DNA of 64,000 nucleotides from Octopus bimaculoides (taxonomy: Eukaryota). The stretch is taken from NCBI RefSeq assembly GCF_001194135.2, contig NC_068990.1, positions 6,272,701 through 6,336,700 on the forward strand, read 5' to 3'. The position numbers and the translations under genes are program-made. This document shows, piece after piece, positions 38,011-51,689 of this stretch; within the stretch, counting starts at the first letter, position 1; every line of letters starts with the position of its first letter. Below the pieces are notes generated by a model that saw only the letters and a list, made by a program, of their open reading frames with translations, did no database searches and was not told the DNA's origin.

Positions 38011-39020
38011 CTTATTTAACATATGAGTTTGAAAAACTAGTAAAAAAACAGCTGATCGATAAATTTATAAGCAGAGTAAGTAACCCATTAACTAACAATA
38101 ACAATAAAGGACCAAACCTGTGCGTGTGTGTTTATTATTACTAGCATAACGACCCTCCCAACGTTCAATAGTATAGATATACACTTGTACATACATACAT
38201 AAATATATGTATATATATATATATATATATATACTTATCCATATACTTATATATATATATATATTATATACATTTAAACATATATGCATTCATACATATA
38301 CATGTGTGTGTGTGTATATATATATATATNNNNNNNNNNATATATATATATATATATATATACACACTCTGCCAAATCAGATTGGAGCCTGGTGTAGCCA
38401 TCTGATTTCACCAGTCCTCAGTCAAATCGTCCAACCCATGCTAGCATGGAAAGCAGACGTTAAACGATGATGATGATGATATATACTCATATACATATAT
38501 ATATATATATACACATATATATATATATACACATATAAACATAAATATATATACATGCATAAACACATACACACGTATATATATATAAATTCTCTCTGTT
38601 TATTTTCTCGTGTTCCTTTCTGTTGAAGAGCATAGGCTTGAAACAAAAGACTTTCTCACCTTCCCAAGTGTTAAATACACCTGTTTGTTGTGTATAAACC
38701 GGCCTTCGTCTTTTGTTTTGTTTGTAAATTCCAAATATATATATATATATATATTTTATAACTATATACATAATCATAATAAGGGCTTGCTTTGCATTTC
38801 ACCATGCACTGAAAAACAGACGTCAAAAGACACTATTGCCACTATAGTGGTAATAGTATCTTTTGGCGTCTATTTTTCAGTGTGTGATGAGGAGCAAGCC
38901 AAGCCCTTATTATAATTATGTATATAATTCTAAAATATTTATATTCATTTACCTACGAGGTTTTATTTCTGTGCTGACCACTTGGTAAAAATCATTTATC
39001 ATTTTACCCTTATTATCATT

Positions 39021-39083
<63 letters not shown>

Positions 39084-40473
39084 TATATAAGTGTTAAGAC
39101 CTGTCCCTCAGGTGGTGGAAAGAACTTGTATGGTGCCACATAAAATCAGCATACTCTGAAGGGTGGTTGGTGTTAGGAAGAGCATCCAGCCACAGAAACT
39201 GCGTCAAATTAGACTGGATTCTGGTGCAGCTCTTCAGCTTGCCAGCTCTGGTGAAACTGTCCAACCCATGTTGATGCAAGAGAAAAAAATGGAATGAACG
39301 AGACTCTTTATTGAAAACCCCAACGATTGTAGTGGTTTTCAATGCAGTCTTGTGAATTCCATTTTTTGTCTCTTATCTTGCATAAACCCAATGGACAGAA
39401 ACGAATTCCTGAAGTAAATCCAATGGTATATACCTCAAAACTGTTGTGGACATTAAGTAGCCAAATACTGTGGACAGCCTTTAAACTGCATACTACAAGA
39501 GGTCTACCTGAATATGAAATTATTATTATATACACACACACACAGACACATATATATAGGGGTGGGACAGGGAGGAGTTTTTGCTGCATTTTTGACTTTG
39601 AGAAAAAAATACATTTCACAAACGTTCTCTACCTTACAAAAACTATATCAGCTAATCAAATTACCCTCTCAAAATGCATTAAAAATACTGACATTTAGAA
39701 CGCTATTTCAGAAAATTATCTCCGTTCTCTTTGTGCATATTAAAGACAAATGTAGTCGGGGCAAAATGAGTAAGTCAAGTTAAGGTAAATTTGCCCCAGC
39801 ACTTCTCATGAATTACATTTGAAAACAGACTCGTATACATCAATATCCATCCTAAGACATAAGAATAATCAAAAATGCAATAAAAATTTTTAATATCTAG
39901 GTCAAATGCAACATTTTCATGGAATAATGACACATGATATGAAATTAATAAAACTTGATGAAATGAAAAAACTCAACATAAAATATTCTCTATAGATTCT
40001 TCACAATCTGCCCAAGTAGCTTTCTTCGCAACATATTTGTGTACCATGCAGTAAAAGAGAAGAAATTACTGAAATCAATCATTACTCATTTTACCCCATT
40101 TTAGACATCATTTTCCAAAATTGAAAATTATCGAATTAGACAGTATGAGGGAAAAAAATTGACTTGGAATCCAACAGAGAAAAGAATATTGATTGTTAAA
40201 CATTAAAAATTATCCAGATATTTTATTAGCAACCTCAATTACAATTGGGTCAAAGTTGAAGAAAAATTTCTTGGGAAAAAGTACCTGTCACCTGATTATG
40301 TCCCAAACTGTCAATTTCAACAACAACAATGCTGACCAATTTTTACTCCTAAAGATGATGCAATATTTTCAATTTAATGATTTCAAACAGGTTAGGGAGA
40401 AAATAACGAGAAATCAGAAGTTAATCCTTTTACCATGGTTACTAATTTTGCCCCACCCCATACCAATATATAG

Positions 40474-40514
<41 letters not shown>

Positions 40515-40524
40515 NNNNNNNNNN

Positions 40525-40571
<47 letters not shown>

Positions 40572-40960
40572 TATGCACATACATATATATATGCATATAT
40601 CTATAAATATACACACACATATATGCATATATATACATATATGCAAATAATATACGTGTGTGTGTGTTAGATGGATAAGTTAAAATAAAAAATGAAAAGA
40701 CAAAATGTTTGACATCATTCGAAAAACATTTCATTTAGACAGAGAATATAAACAGGTTCTCTTACAGCTGTTTCTAGAATAGCCAAGCTTGTGGATCATG
40801 GTATCGATCATGGTATCAATGCACCAGGAAAAATTTTTATTAATAACAGGCAGAAACAACAAAGTGACTCAACGTCCGAGTTAGTGTCATGCAAAAAAAT
40901 TTAGACCTTTAAGTCACTTTGTTCATTTTGTCCATTAAAATAATATACGTTTGTGTATAT

Positions 40961-40996
<36 letters not shown>

Positions 40997-41020
40997 TTTA
41001 TTTAAAAGCAGCAGAAATAT

Positions 41021-41075
41021 AACAAAAGACTGTTACTCTGAGTTTCACCTTCCCATTCATCGGACAGTTTTGTTA
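41021..41075 (-). ncRNA. Hammerhead ribozyme motif, family 3, CCGAUGA core
   Basis: TAACAAAACTGT-CCGATGA-ATGGGAAGGT-GAAA-CTCAGAG-TA-ACAGTCTTTTGTTA. 12-bp bulged helix I, GUA triplet, weak helix II. Confidence 0.65.
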
Positions 41076-41583
41076 GAAATATAGAAATATATATATTAGC
41101 ATATGTATAAATTTATATACATGTATACAGGCATATGTCTGTGAGTGTGTTTGTGTAGCTATATATAATTATAGATAGAGGTGGGAGAGAAAGAAATACA
41201 TGCTTTAGAGATACATATAATTATATAAGAGAGAGTGAGAAGGGGACTGAATGAAAGCAATGAGAAAAATACATACTTAAATATTTTTATGATTATAAAA
41301 TAAATAATTACATTAATATGAACATTCTGTGAAAATGGTCTCACTACAATTGCAGTTGTTATTAATTTTATCGACAACTCAATAAAATTCTTAATCATTT
41401 GTTACAATGAGAAAGATCGATAGATCGACTGACAGACAGACAGACAGATAGGAAGACAACTAAATGGATATTTTGTGGAACGAAAAGATTGTCATCAATG
41501 TCACAGATGTGTGTGTGAGTGTGATTAAAGACATACGTACATTGCTACACGTATATTTATGATTACTAAATGATAACACCTAC

Positions 41584-42073
41584 TTCCCCATTCCTTAGCA
41601 GCGCTGACAGCTTTAGTTGAAACGTCTTCGATTGCTTGCTTCGCTGCTTCAATCTTCTCATCCACTTTATCTGGTCCTTCAGCATCTTCGTCGTCACTGC
41701 TGGTCGCGGGTTCAGAAGCATCCGAATTGGCTCCACCCTTCCGTGGTTTTTTCTTACCAGGCAAAGGAGGAATATTAGGAGCGGCTGTGTCAGAGCCACT
41801 TTGTTCTGAGGCTGATTCTGTGACGGGAGATTCGTCGCCACTTGATGCACCGCCACCACCACCACCAGCTCCAGTTACAACCGAAGTTGTTGTCGCCTCG
41901 GGACCAGGTGCAACAGCACTAGAAGCAGTGTCATTCGTACTGCTTTCAGGCTGTTGAACGTCTTCTTTTCCATCTTGAGTTGGTTGCGCATCGGCTGACT
42001 CTTCAGCTGGTAGGTTGCTATCCGAATCCTTTTTCTGAATGGCACCCCACCAGCTCGACACGGCATTAAACAT
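41584..42073 (-). CDS. SYAP1: Synapse-associated protein 1 (SYAP1/Sap47, BSD domain), coding exon 1
   Basis: ATG at 42073 (MFNAVSSWWG...AKEWG), 490 nt, ends at a phase-1 donor GGAA|gtaggt. Long acidic, Ser/Gly-rich N-terminus. Splices in frame to the 27862 exon. Confidence 0.88.
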
Positions 42074-42850
42074 GTTGGCCGTGTTTTTCAGCCTGTTTCC
42101 TACTGAAAACGACTCCACTTTGTTTGTTTGGTGGGTTCTCACTTAACAGAAAAGGCAGGTAGACAATAAAAAAAGGTTACCGTCAGCAAAATGACGACAG
42201 GTAGATAGAGAATACGTTTGTAAACACAACTAAATCCGATGCACACACTTACGTCATGTATAACAGTCCTGCACTGAATGTAGTAATTGGAGAAAGAAAG
42301 AGGGGGAGAAAACAAAGCTAGCTGTAACAGCATAATGTTAAAGTCAACATATTTACAGTAGCAGTGACACCATTCTGAGGAACATTATTTGTAATAATAA
42401 TTATCATAATAATATCTTCTATTTTTTTTTAACGTTACTAAATATCTGTACCTAAATATACATTATATTACAATTAAATTTTTTTAAGATAATGCTAAAA
42501 TTATATGCTGCTGAAATGCCTAATAATCGCAATAAACCTTTTTTTTTTTTCTTAAAAAAAAAAAACACCATTCATTTTTTTTTTTTAATCTATATTATAA
42601 TGTTTCTTTCTGTTGTCATTATGTTTCATATTTAAAATTTATTACGAAATAAGGTTACATGATATTCGGGCTTTTCTTAAGCGCAATGAATGAAGCGGAG
42701 TGAATGAAACCAGGAGTAAAAATATACTCGTTTAACTGGTAGCTTGTTTCTTTTTTTACAATATTCGCTACTGACTCTTTCTAGAACCGTTGTGAACGCA
42801 ATTATGATAAATGCAACGACTAGCTTCATCTACATGTTTTGTTTACTCTG

Positions 42851-42923
<73 letters not shown>

Positions 42924-45900
42924 ATAGATCGACACCCATTAGTATTTTATTTGTAATTGATTTTGATAATTTATTTCAAACGGAGATATTTTGAGGCATA
43001 AATTACTCGTTTAATTCATATTGTTTTCACACACACACAGGTCCGGAACTAAAAAGAATGTCACGTGTATGCTCTGCGTAATGGAGAATTTCATTCATTC
43101 AGTATTCCACATCTGCTTGAAGCTGGTTATCATAAATTTCCTCTCGTTGCTTTTGTGACACTCAAAGGTGTTTTGTTTTGTTACTCTACAGGGCCATGGT
43201 TCACTTTAAAATATATTTTTTGCTATTTAGGCCTCTCAAAATCCAAGTATATTTCATTAATGTGGATTGTTCTTTTTTGAGGTAATACATCCACAACCCG
43301 TGACATCTAGAACATATTTATATCCCTAAACAATAAATATTCTTGCACAAGCAAACAGGGATTTACATGATTACTTGACCTCTTAGAATTATCAGCCAAT
43401 TCTCCTTCAGATCTCATTCCACCACTACTGAGAATTTGGTGACTATTTCCTCGTCATAGCAAAAACTATGTAACTACAAAAGTTGGTAAATGTTGGAGAT
43501 GAGAAAGAAGTTGTAATCGTGTTATGTTTAATAAGTTGAATAGTTAATAAGAGAAAGGATTACTTTCAACTTTTATCGTCTATGAAAATGTGGTCAGTTG
43601 TCACAAGAAGAAATAAATATGTGTTACTACATGAACTGTGAGATGAATGGAAAGTTGGATGAATAAAAAGAGTAATTTTCGTTGTTTTATTCATGTTTAT
43701 TGTTAAATTATTGTATTGGACGCAACAGTTCAGTGAGGGACAGCAGAATAACGCCAGAAATGTTTGTAATAGTAGTATATAAATATTCTGCGAAAGTGGT
43801 GAGTGAGTTTGTGTATACAGTTTTCATTCTTTCAAATACAAGAATTTCACTTGGCATTACGCTTTACTACTCTCAACCCTTATTCCCGGACGTTTATATT
43901 CTGTATTGGTTCTTAGAAAGGACTCTTACTAATATTTTCAAAAACAAATCTGAGTGAACAGATTTGTGGATTTGTGATAAAGTCACTGCTCAAAAATTTG
44001 CCAGCTGCTTACATATAATTTTAGTGGTTAGATTTTTGCAAACAGCATTACTCATTCTACCAAAATTCTGGTTGTTGCTAACAAAGTATTTCCTGATCAG
44101 AAACAGCTAGTCCTGAGTACAAACCATAGTGTAACTCTATATCAGATCCCCATCAAAAAACTAGTTACATAACCACAAGTAACATTAAGATGTAAGTATA
44201 GCAGCATGTGCTACTGATGATGACAGATGGACAACAAATGTAGGAACACTAAAGTTATTTTAATGTACACATGTAAAGAGTACATTGACAGGCAGATGTA
44301 ATGCAAGGGTAGAATCTCTACTGGTGGAACATCTATATAATCAATATGCATTCACATGTGTGAATATAGTGCAGTGTTTAATATTCAGAGGAGTCTGGAT
44401 ATGGTGCAGCTATCAATTTTCATTATAAGGAGCTGAAAGAAAGAAAATTACTATATTCCCTATCCATGGTATAAAAGGACAGTTTCTGGCAATTTATGTG
44501 TGCAGTTAGGTAGGTGTCTTAAAGGAAATGCAGAGACAAATGTGTCAGGTCCTGTAGTTGTGAGTTATTGTGGGTAAAGCAAGCACAACAAACTGCAAAA
44601 CATATCCTGAATATGATGAGCCAAGTGAACTTGATTATTTAGAGGGAAGAAGATTAATGGCTGAAAGAAAAATGCAGAAAGTGTAGTCTGTGTTCCTTAT
44701 TGAAAGTGCCAAGAAAATATGGCTGGCAATGTTAAGTCACGTCATGAATTCGACAGCTGGTGAAAAGTGAAGTAATGTAGTTTGAGCTGTTGCTAAGTGC
44801 ACCAACCAACGGAAACACATGCCAGAGAAAAGAACTTAAGGCTGACATAGATTTAGAAACAATTGCTGAAGACACAGATACTAGGGTGCATAGGGTATTG
44901 AATGAAATGCATGCATGTTGCAATGTTATTAAAGCCAGAGTAACTGTAGAAAAACTTGTGTGATTCAAGAAAAATCATTTATGTGATATATAAGTAATAA
45001 AAATCAATGAAAAACAAGAAAGCAATGTGTGAGGTGAATGCATTGTGGATGGTGTGTAAATGAAAGAAGAGTATTAGAACTTAACTCAAGTGGACTTCAG
45101 TTAACAGAAGTTAATTAGTCTGATAATGATTTCCAAAGTTAACTTAAAAGTTAAATCGTTAACAAAAATGTTAACTTCGTTAATTAATGATTTATGAATT
45201 AGCAGTTTGGTGTCCAGGTTTACATATTACACTATCATAGGAACTAGCTCACTTAATTTCTTTTCAACCTTTACAAATACCCTACATTCAAGGTCCATGT
45301 CTTGCTATCAAACAGTATCACACTTCATATATGAGCACCCTTCAATATGTTCTTCTCTCTGGGAAGGGCAGACCCTGAATAGGTAAGAGCTCCTTGAACT
45401 TTTTCCATCGTGTTCTTACTATATTATTTAACATATTTATTCATTTATAATATTCACCCATATATAATGCAATTTACTAAATCTGGAAAAAATATCTTTC
45501 ATGTATGATATGCACTAACATTTCTAAAAAAAGATTTATTATACATTGGCAAAATCTATACATCCTAAACAAATCAGAACATTAATTCAAATGTGACCTT
45601 TGAACTTTATTAGTTAAAAGCTCCCTGTTACCGTTACTGACAAACGCATAGCATTATTGCATTTCGAGTTCCATTAGGTCAGCTTTGCCTTTTATCTGTT
45701 TTTGAGTCAATGAAATTTTTTATTTTAAATTATCGATCGAGCTTGGTATGTTCATGAAACTATAAATGTTTGCCTAGACACCTTGCCACATTTGTTCCAG
45801 TTCTTTGTGCTCTAAGTTCAAATCTCACATTGCATATTTAGATGGTAGACCTAATACATTGCCTAGTTTAACACCAACACCTTCATCATCATCATCATCA

Positions 45901-48900
45901 TCATCATCGTTTAACGTCTGCTTTCCATGCTGGCATGGGTTGGACGGTTTGACTGGGGACTGGTGAGCCAAATAGCTGCACCAGGCTCCAATCTGATCTG
46001 GCAGAGTTTCTACAGCTGGATGTCCTTCCTAACGCCAAACACTCCGAGAGTGTAGTGGGTGCTTTTACATGCCACCGGCACGAGGGCCAATCAGGTGGTA
46101 CTGGCAACGGTCACGCTCAAATGGTGTTTTTACGTGTCACCTGCTTGGAATTCCTTCAACAGAGTTTGCTCTGTTAGAACCAGGTTTCTGGCCTGAAGAT
46201 ACCTTTCTTCTTTGTTCCCACCAGTGTCAGAGTCTCTATAATGGCTCATGGACACTGCTGTCCCTCATGACTGATTAAAAAATACATATATGCATAAAAA
46301 CAAAACTCACAAAATATACACATGTATTTAACATGCATTCAAGCAAACACATGTACAAGTGTGTAAAAACAGCTTGCTTACCAACCACATGCTTCTGGGT
46401 TCAGTCCCACTGCATGGCACCTTGGGCAAGTGTCTTCTACTTTAGCTTCAGGCCAACCAAAGCCTTGTGAGTGGATTTGATAGACAGAAACTGAAAGAAG
46501 CCCATCATATATATATTTGTACATATTTAAGTGTGTCTCTGTCTGTGTTTGTCTCCACCACCATCATTTTACAACCGATGTTGGTGTTTTTATGTCCCCA
46601 TAACTTAACAGAATAAGTCCTGGGGTCAATTTCTTATCTACTCTAGGCATAAGGCCCATCATATATATATACATATATATGTATGTGTGTGTGTTTGTGT
46701 GACTGTGTTTGTCCCCACCAACATCACTTGACAACCAATGCTGGTGTGTTTATGTCCCCATGACTTAGTGGTTCGACAAAAGAGACCGATAGAATAAGTA
46801 CTAGGCTTACAAAGAATAGGTCCCGGGGTTGATTTGCTTGACTAAAGGTGGTGCTCCAGCATGGCTGCAGTCAAATGACTGAAACAAATAAAAGAATATA
46901 GGCATAGGTGTGGCTTTGTGGTAAGAAGCTTGCTTCCCAATCACATGATACCGGGTTCAGTCCCACATTGTGACACCTTGAGCAAGTGTCTTCTACATTA
47001 GCCTTGGGCCAACCAAAGCATTGTGAGTGGATTTGTTAGACGGAAACCAAAAGAAGCCTATTGTATATGTGTGTGTTTGTTCCCCACCACCACTTGACAA
47101 CTGATGTTGGTGTGTTTACCTCCCCATAACTTAGCAGTTCAACAAAAGAGACCAATAGAATAAGTACCATTTGACTAAACATTCTCCAAGGCAGTGCCCC
47201 AGTATGGTCACAGTCTAATGACTGAAACAAGTAAGAGATAAAAGATATGTACACAAACATATACTCATACATACACATTCATAAAAGTGAATAAGCAAAC
47301 ATGAATAAAGGCGGTGCTCCAGCATGGCCGCAGTCAAATGACTGAAACAAGTAAAAGAGTAAGCTTGCAAGCAAGCATATAAGTCTTCAAACACACATAC
47401 ACAAGCAGGCATACAGTGGGATATACACTGATTCATATGAGCATGCATACACTGGGTATATGCAAATGAACAATCCAACTATCTGATTATTGATTTATCA
47501 AAGTCTCAATTTCTCTATGGTTTAAGATGTCAGTTGACTTATATCTATTGATCTCTCTCTATCAATATTTCTCTATCAATCTTTCAATTTATCCCTCTAT
47601 GAGTCAGTCCGTCTATCTGTCTGTCAGTGTATTGTTTCATGTAAGTATCTAATAAATCATCTGTCTCATGAACTATCAAAAATTCAAGTAATCAATCAAT
47701 CAGTCTAATCCCCTCTCATTAGAGCTACATGTAGGAGACAAGCAATGAGTAGCTCATGTGATCCAATACAGGCGTCTGTTCTTTCAGTGTTCACCAACCA
47801 AATCCACTTGCAAGATTTTGGCTGGCCTAGGGATATAGCAGAAGATACTTATGCAAGGTGCAACACAGTGGGACTGAACCTAAGACCATGTGGTTGGGAA
47901 ACAAGTGCCTTAGCTATACTGGCTTGCCTGCTTTTATTTAAACCAACAACAATCTATAGCTAGCATAGCCCATAAAATACCTGATGATTTAAGATAAGCA
48001 TTGCTTTAAATTCATTTAATTCAAATTAATTCATATTCATTAATTATATATTAACTATTTAATTATGATGGAGTTAATGATGTTTATTCCTAATGAAACA
48101 GCTGTTGAAAGTAATTAAATTATAATCTATCTGTGAAATTTTTGCTTTCTGCTTATATACATACATACACACACATGTATAACTAGACACCTACACTTAT
48201 ACATAAACATTCCCTTTTCAAAATGATATGAATGCAAGAAACTGTATTCCTGTATGCAGAGGATTCTACAAATAGAATTTGGTCGTAGGTATTATAATTA
48301 TTAATTGTAGGATTTTTAGAGAATTGAGGTTGAGTTTGTTGAGAAAAAAGCTTTAGTGTTTGTTGTTTGTAGAAAGATTATTTGTGGTAGGGTAGAAGGA
48401 GAGAGTGAGAAATTGTTATGTTTAGCTGTTGAAGAAATGTATAAGCTTGAAATGTCTTTAAGAGTTTGTGTTTGCAGGAAAAGGTTAACAAAAATAATCT
48501 CCTCACAATAACAGTCTATCAACACACATACATTACAAAAACATATTTTCCTCCAGTCATCTTCTATTCCCTTTCCTACATGACATTTTCCCTCAGTTTA
48601 CCTAGAGCACACTTAATTAACAATCACATAGCTCCAAAAGACTTGTCAAAGACTATACAAAGCCAAAGAGAACTCAAGTAAAGCACAAACTGGTGACAGT
48701 GAACAAGCCATAACTTTGAAGTTTCTGTTAACTTTTGTTGCAGAAGTTAGTAATCCTTCAGTTTAATGTTAGAATATTTTTATATAAAGCTTGACAAAAG
48801 AAACTCATTAATACATATCCAATTACAATTTTTTATAACACCATCATCATCATCATCCTTTAATGTCTGCTTTCTTTGCTGGCATGGGTTAGACAGTTTG

Positions 48901-50459
48901 ATTGGAACTAGTAAGCTGGAGAGCTGCACTAGGTTTCAGTCTGATTTGGCATGATTTCTATGGCTGGATGTCTTTCCTAATACCAACCACTCCATGAGTG
49001 GGTACTTTTAGATGCCACCCACATGGGTACCAGTTATGTGATACTGGCATTAACCCTAATTGTGATTTCACTTGGCTTGATGAGTCTTCTCAAGTACAGC
49101 GTATCGCCACTCGTCATCATCTCCATCAAGCCCAACATTCGAAGATCATCCTTCACCACCTCATTCCATGTCTCCCTGGGCTTACCTCTTCCACAGGTTC
49201 CCTCCAGAGTTAGAGATCGACACTTCTTTACACAGCTATTCTTGTCCATACTGAATAGAAATAACATAATCTTCCTGGTGTTTCCCTAGTGTATACTAGT
49301 ATGCTGTGTGGCAAGTGTTCTAAAGACTCATGATCATGAGATTGTGATTTCAATAATCCTGCGATGGACCAGTAGTCCTGGTGGGGAATATGTATGCCAT
49401 GGAAACCAGGAAACTGGCCCTTATGAATTGGTATGACTTGTGAAGAAACCTTTACCTTTTTTTTTGTATCTATGTGTATGTATTGCTTGCTTGTGCAAAC
49501 CTAAGTATATAGTGCAAGTGGATGTGTATGTACTCTCCTTTCAATATGCATGTATGGCATATATGTGTGTGCTTGAGTGTAAGTGTCTATCTGTGCGCAC
49601 ATATGAGTGTGCATGCACGTGTGTGTTGACATACTGGTTATGGGTACACCTGTATCTATGAATGCATGCATGGGTGCATTGTTTGTATGCATGAATCTGT
49701 GTATGTGCATTTTTTGCATGCATGTGCACTTGTTTGTATATATCTATGTATGTATGTCTGCATGGGATTCTTAGTATGTGTGTGTATGTGCTTGTATGTA
49801 TGTGTATATGTATGGTCTTTATTTTTAATTATCTGGATTCTTCATGTAAGGAAGAAGCTAGATCCTAACAAAGATACAAAGCTCTATCATTAGAATGCAG
49901 GTAGCAAAAACAATGCCACACGTTGAACTTGAGAAAAGTCTTGCATTTTTTACTGCTCCACTTACGAATTGCATTTGTCATGTATACAAGGTTGGGACCT
50001 GTCTTTTCCTAAAAACTCTGACTTTGCTAGTATGTCTAAGGCATTTACTAACACAACCAAGTATACTAATTATTATCAGTAGAAATATGAATTTAAATCT
50101 GGGTAGAGAAACCAAAGATTTCAATGCAGTTATCCATAGTTATTCTCTTTCTCATTGATTTTTGAGCTGTTATTTACATCAATGGGGTAGCTAATCCCTA
50201 TGTTGTACATACTTCTTCTTGTTTGTTCTCAACAACTATATCCAATCAGTTATGTTTGCACTTGGTAAAAGTTTTGATGGGAAAGTTCCACCAATATTTC
50301 ACGTGTTGATGTTTATTTATGTTTGTATTCGAGAACAAGATTCTCTATATCTATCTCTTTTATTTTTTATGGCATGGTCTTTTGTTTAAGTAACAACATC
50401 ATATTGCATTTTTAGGGAAGTTATTGATCTGTCTTCCACAGAAATGTGAATGTGATATA

Positions 50460-51560
50460 GTCAACATTTTTGGTTGTGTCTTGAGGTTTCAATAGCTTCG
50501 TTGACTTTGTTATTCAACTGGTATTTTATAGCAGTCTCCTGTTCTTGGATTACAAACACATAGCTTTTACAGTGTGATGTGATGTGGCTATTGCAAGCCC
50601 AAGAAAAGCTGTACTTCATGTCAATCTTAGTATTATCCTTAAGTCTGTGGGAAACATGCCCACGCATAGTCTTTTTTGGTATGCTGAGCATTGGACATCC
50701 AGGTCTTCTTTGAGATATGTTAGTCCATCTGTTTTGGGGTTGTATGGGAGGTAATCAAGAAGAGAGAACTTCTTGAGGAGCTCACTGTCAACTGACTTGT
50801 AGGATATTGTTCTCTTTGCTTTTCATCACTTGGTTTGTGTATTTATTTTTGCTGCTGTTGTTTAGCAGATGCTGTGTGAGAGATACTATACGACATTTGA
50901 AAGCTGCCAGCATTGATTTCAGGCTTCTCTTGCCTTCATCTCTTCTTAGATAGAGCCTGTCAATATCTATATTTCTGTAGAAGTTTCCAGTTCATCTCTG
51001 AATCTTGCAGGTTTTAATGTCTATGGAGTGAATTTCATCTATAGACCAGTCAAATAGTTCAAATGTTGGAATCAGCATTGGTGCAGTAAATGCATTGTGG
51101 AATATTGTCTTGTAAGTGAAGATTTCTGACTGCCAAGGTTTTTAAAGTCTGGTGTAATATTCTCAGGTCACTCCATTTTTGTTCACAGCACCTTCATACA
51201 ATAAGTTTTTATGGCATTCTTTGTGTAGAACAGAAGATATAGAGAAACTATTGATGCACAGATTCTGGGTTTCGGGGACCGATTTTCTACAATTTCTCAA
51301 ATACAATCTCTTCTTTTGACTAAACTCCATTCCTATATCAGCTGAAAAAGTTGCTATTAACTCCAGCTATTTTTTGGCACTGCAATCATTTTTAGCACCG
51401 ATATTCAGATGATCCACAAAGAAATTATGGGTCTAGAAGATGCAGACCCTAGCATGTAGTCATTGAATTTAAGTAAAAGAAATGATAACCAAAATAAACA
51501 GAAGTACAGAAAGGTTATAACCTTGGCATATTCCCTTTGAAATATTTATAACACTGGAGA
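50460..51560 (-). mobile_element. Heavily decayed R4/Dong-like non-LTR retrotransposon fragment
   Basis: KGICQG (RGIFQGD-like), NIDIDRLYLRRDEG.R.L (DVDRLYLPRKEGGRGL-like), and later HV...YVFVIQEQ. Confidence 0.55.
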
Positions 51561-51689
51561 TGATTATTCCACTCTTAGTTGTGGGTTCGTTGCCTAGATG
51601 TTTGTGAACCTTTCAATGATAGTGACTAAGATAGTGACTTCAGCAGCCATGAGTAGGGAATATAGTCAAATCCTTTCCTATAATCCAAC

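Noticed and set aside
42074-42142. ORF-track upstream start extending SYAP1 by 23 aa
   Set aside because: The start is a TTG-type codon inside a pyrimidine/acceptor-like tract. ATG 42073 (gccaacATG) has good Kozak context.
44700-45000. Possible exon or ORF
   Set aside because: Only a loose resemblance to a decayed LINE APE domain (LLSAPTN...) with stops. Too weak to call.
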